Shown here one piece after another: positions 59,919 through 64,000 of a DNA stretch of 64,000 nucleotides. The DNA comes from Pristiophorus japonicus (taxonomy: Eukaryota): assembly GCF_044704955.1 (NCBI RefSeq), contig NC_091980.1, forward strand, positions 130,510,001 through 130,574,000, given 5' to 3'. Each line of letters begins with the position of its first letter. Position 1 is the stretch's first letter. The notes below the pieces were generated by a model, which had not been told where the DNA came from, did no database searches, and saw only the letters and a list, made by a program, of their open reading frames with translations. The position numbers were made by a program, and so were the translations under genes.

Positions 59919-62553
59919 AGCTTCTGATCAGTACTCATGTTTATACAAATGTGTGTGAAACTCTGTCCTACATAGAATGGTGGCTTTGTACAGGCTGAGA
60001 CCTAGCCTCTTGATGTGAAATGTAATCAACTGTAAATAAGCTGTTCAATATTGGACTGGGTTTTGTCTCCTAGCAAGTTAGTGGTTACTTATTTTCCATG
60101 TACCATAACTTGTTTGCAGCACAAGTATTGCATTCGGCTATGCAACAATCATACATTGGCCTCCTATGCTGTAACCACTCAACTGGCTCTCCAAGAGCAC
60201 TTCAGCTCGTCCTACTCCCTTGCATTTTCCCTGTTGCCCTGCAATGTTTTTCCTTCATGTACTTGTTCAATCCTATGATTGAAACTGCTTTCACCACCCT
60301 CTCAGGCAGTGCAATCCAGATATTAACCACTCATTGCATAAAAGTTTATCCTCATGTCAGCTGTGGTACTTCTGCCAATTGTCTTAAATTTGTGTCTGCT
60401 GGTTCTCGTCCCTTCTACCAGTGTTAATAGTCATATAGTTTTGCTCTTTGCTGGGGTAATTTCAATATATTGACAGTTATATTCATAAAAACATAAGAGC
60501 AGTCGTTGTCTATTTGGTTCTTTAAAGACTGCACCACCATTAAATATGATCATAACTAATTCTTTACCACCACCATGTTCATGCTTTTACCCCATAGCCC
60601 TGGATGCCTTTTGTATCAAGATATCTCACATCCTTCTTAAATATATTCAGAAATTGGCCTCCACTGCCTTCTGTCGTCAATACTTCCCCAATTTCCCCAT
60701 CCTGAGTGAAAACATTTATCATCTTTGTGCTAAATTTCCTACAGTATATTCTGAGCCTGTGACTTTTTATTCTCAACTTCCCAGCAAAGGGCTACTTCCT
60801 CCCCACATCCAATCTCTCCAAACCAGTCTGAATTTTATGATTTAATAAGATCCCCTTTCACTCTTCTGGTGAATACAGGCCTGGTCAAGCTATTCTCTCT
60901 TCATACGACAATCTTTCCATCCAAGGAATCGGTCTGGTGGAACTTCGCTGCGCTCTTAAGGAGACCCAAAACTGTGCACAATACACCAGGTGTAGTTTCA
61001 CCAAGGCCATGTATAATTGTAGTAAGACATCCTTGCTCCTGTACTGTGGGAAAAATTGGAAATATTACATTTGGTTTCTTCCTCCAAATCTATTTATATA
61101 TGTGATTAGTTGGGGCCCAAGCACCGATCCCTGTGGTATCCCACTAGTCACGACACACCACCCAGGAAAAGACCTGTTTATTCCGACTGTGTTTTCTATC
61201 AATTAACCAATTTTCAATCCATAGTATATTACCCCCAATCCCATGTGCTTTAATTTTGCACACTAACCGCTTGTGGGACTTTATCAAAGGCCTTCTGAAA
61301 ATCCAAATACACGACATCCACTGGTTCTCCCTTATCTAATCTCAGTTACATCCTCGAAAAAAACTCCAGTAGGTTTGTCAAACACAATTTTCTTTTCATA
61401 AATCCATATTGACTTTGTCTAATCCCGTTGATATTTTCTAAGTGTCCCTTTATCACATTCTACTAATGTTAGGCTAACCGGGCTGCAGTTACCTGTTTTC
61501 TTTCTCCTTCCTTTTTAAAATAGTGGCGTTACATTTGCCACTCTCCATTCTACGGCAACTGTTCCATAATCTGTAGAAATTTGGAAGATGATAACCAATG
61601 CAACCACTATTTCCATGGCTACCACTTTTATTCCTCTGGGATGCAAATTATCAGGCCCTGGGGATTTATCAGCTTTCAGTCCCATTAGTTTCTCCAGCAC
61701 TATTTTCTGACTAATAATCATTACCTTTAATTTCTCTTGCTCACGAGATCCTTAGTTCCCTAGCATTTCTGTGATGTTATTTGTGTCCTCTTCTGTAAAG
61801 ACAGAACCAAAGTATTCAATTGTTCTGCCATTTCCTTGTTCCCCATTATAAATGATCCCATTTGTGACTGAAAAGGACCTACATTTGTCTTCACTTATCT
61901 TTTTCTTTTTACAGACTGGGAGAAACTTTTACAGTCAGTTTTTATGATCCTTGCAAGTTTAGTCTCACACTATTTTCCTCCTCTTAAACAATCTCTTGGT
62001 CCTTTTTTGCTGAATACTAAATTGCTCCCAATCCTCAGGATTGCTACTTGTTCTGGCAACTTTGTATGACTCCTCTTTGGATCTAATACTATCCTTATAT
62101 TCTTGTGTAAACCATGGTTGGGCCACTTTTCCTTTTGTGTTTTTGCAGCAGAAAGGAATGTATAATTGTTGCAATTCATGCATTCGTTACTTAAATGTTA
62201 GCCATTGACTATCCACCATCATGCCTTTTAATGACTCTTCCCAATCTATCATAGCCATTCCTCATACCTTCATAGTTTCCTCTGTTTAGATTTAGGACCT
62301 AGTTTTGGATTGGACATCTTCACTTTCAGTCTTCACGAAGATTGAAAATCATGTTATGAACATTCTTCCCTAAAGGACCCCGCACAAAAAGACTATTAAT
62401 TAACCCCTTCTCATTGTACAATACCCAATCTACGATAGCTATTCTGACATGTTGAAGACCTAATTTCACTTGCATGTATATGTAATGACTCAAAAATCTG
62501 GTTACTGTAAACTCACTCAGGTGCAACATCATCCATCTTTATTCCAGTGCCAG

Positions 62554-62689
62554 AAAATTTGATTTTAGCGCCCCAAAAAAAAACAAAAACCAAAAAAAAA
62601 AAAGGGGCCTTGAAAATGTCTGCTGTGTCACCCAGGTCGGGTGGCACCGTTTAATGTTTTATGTTTTGCAGGTGAACTCCAAAAAGAGT
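62554..62689. mobile_element. 136-bp insertion with 12-bp TSD inside the unit-3 solo LTR (probable truncated non-LTR retroelement)
   Basis: TTCCAGTGCCAG is duplicated at 62542-62553 and 62690-62701. The insert is absent in units 1 and 2. Confidence 0.75.
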
Positions 62690-64000
62690 TTCCAGTGCCA
62701 GTGTGACAAAGACACCCAGCTTATATACAGGTGATCAAGCACACATGCCACGTGAAAACAGCCCGATGATCTCTGACCGCAGCGCCCTCTGGTGTCTTGT
62801 GACTACCAAGCATTAATCCATAAGAGTATATCTTGCAAATTCTATTCATGCATTTCAATCGAGCATTGCAATGCTGTAATCCAACAATTGAAAATGATCA
62901 CGTTTGTTCAGCCACATAAGGCAGTGGGACCACAGGTACATTTTAGTGTCTTAAAAGAGGCAGAGAGGTTTACATAACATTCGTATGCCATTTGGCACCT
63001 CGAGCCTGTTACGCCAATCAGTAAAATCGTGACTGGTCTGATCTTGGTCTCAACACTTTCCTGCCTGTTCCCCATAACCCTTGACTCCGCTATTGTTAAA
63101 AAATCTATCCATCTCCACCTTAAATGTATTCAATGACCCTGCCTCCACACACGCACACAGACACACAGTACTGAGGGAGTGCCGCACTGTCAGAGGGGCA
63201 GTACTGAGGGAGTGCAGCACTGTTAGAGGGGCAGTACTCACAGGATTTTGCACTGTCGGAGCGGCAGCACTAAGGGATTGCCACATTGTCTGAAGAGCAG
63301 TACTGAGGCATTGTTGCACAGACTCATGTTTGATTCAGGTGGGTCAACTGTGCTCATTGGTGGCATCTCCCCTGAAAGGGTAGTGCCTGTGGTGTGATTG
63401 GTGGCTCCGGATCTGAATCACTGCCGCACTCTCTGCCCCATCTAAAGCAGAGTTTTAATCCAAGGGAACACCTCTCATCAGCTCATCCAGGACTGAACCA
63501 CTTCTGCACTGAAATCAGACGTCACGGCTTTGGATCTCCGAGATACACCAGCATGAAAGGTCAATGACCAGAGGGGAGAGATGAGGACGATTATTTTAAC
63601 GCAGGGAGTCGTTGTGATCCGGAACGCACTGCCTGAAAGGGCGGTGGAATCAGATTCAACAGTAACTTTGAAGAGGGAATTGCAAATATACTTGACAAAA
63701 GTTGCAGGGCTATGGGGAAGGAGCTGAGGAGTGGGACGAATTGGATCGCTCTTTCAAAGTGCCTGCACAGGCACGATGGGCCGAATGGCCTCTTTCTGTG
63801 CTGATAGAATCTATGATGAGCCAGATAGTTAGAGCATATCTGAGCCTCATCATTTCAATCAGATTTAAATATTCATCATTTCAATCAGATTTAAATATTC
63901 TTTCGAGTCACTGAAAACCGACTGTAAAAGGACACGTCTAACACATCAAATTGAGGGGCAGGAAAAGACCAGCTGGTCCATCAAGCCTGCCCCAAAACAT

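Overview
Vertebrate genomic DNA, most likely from a shark or other chondrichthyan (inferred from the CR1, SINE and 33-bp repeat families). The window is a head-to-tail tandem array of about 2.3 copies of a 24-27 kb unit. Each unit carries two 4-exon ferritin (H/M-type) genes on the + strand, here called type A and type B. Five copies are visible: A1 (exons 2-4 only, premature TAG), B1 (13-bp deletion removing the exon-1 donor), and A2, B2, A3 (intact 176-aa ORFs with the ferroxidase ligands conserved). The four visible promoters have clustered CCAAT/Y-boxes and a TATA box, followed by short 5'UTRs with no iron-responsive element. The units differ in transposon content. A Mag-like Gypsy element sits in intron 2 of A1 and A2, while A3 has the empty site. 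B1 intron 3 holds a 1.3-kb solo LTR, and young CR1 inserts occur only in unit 1. Positions 1-5560 (intron 1 of A1) are a minus-strand LTR element with no detectable pol, carrying a decayed envelope gene that resembles class I F-type fusion proteins and a small transmembrane ORF. Unit 3 is a recombinant mosaic of unit-1-like and unit-2-like tracts. Repeat-family names come from motif recognition, not database searches, and LINE boundaries are approximate.
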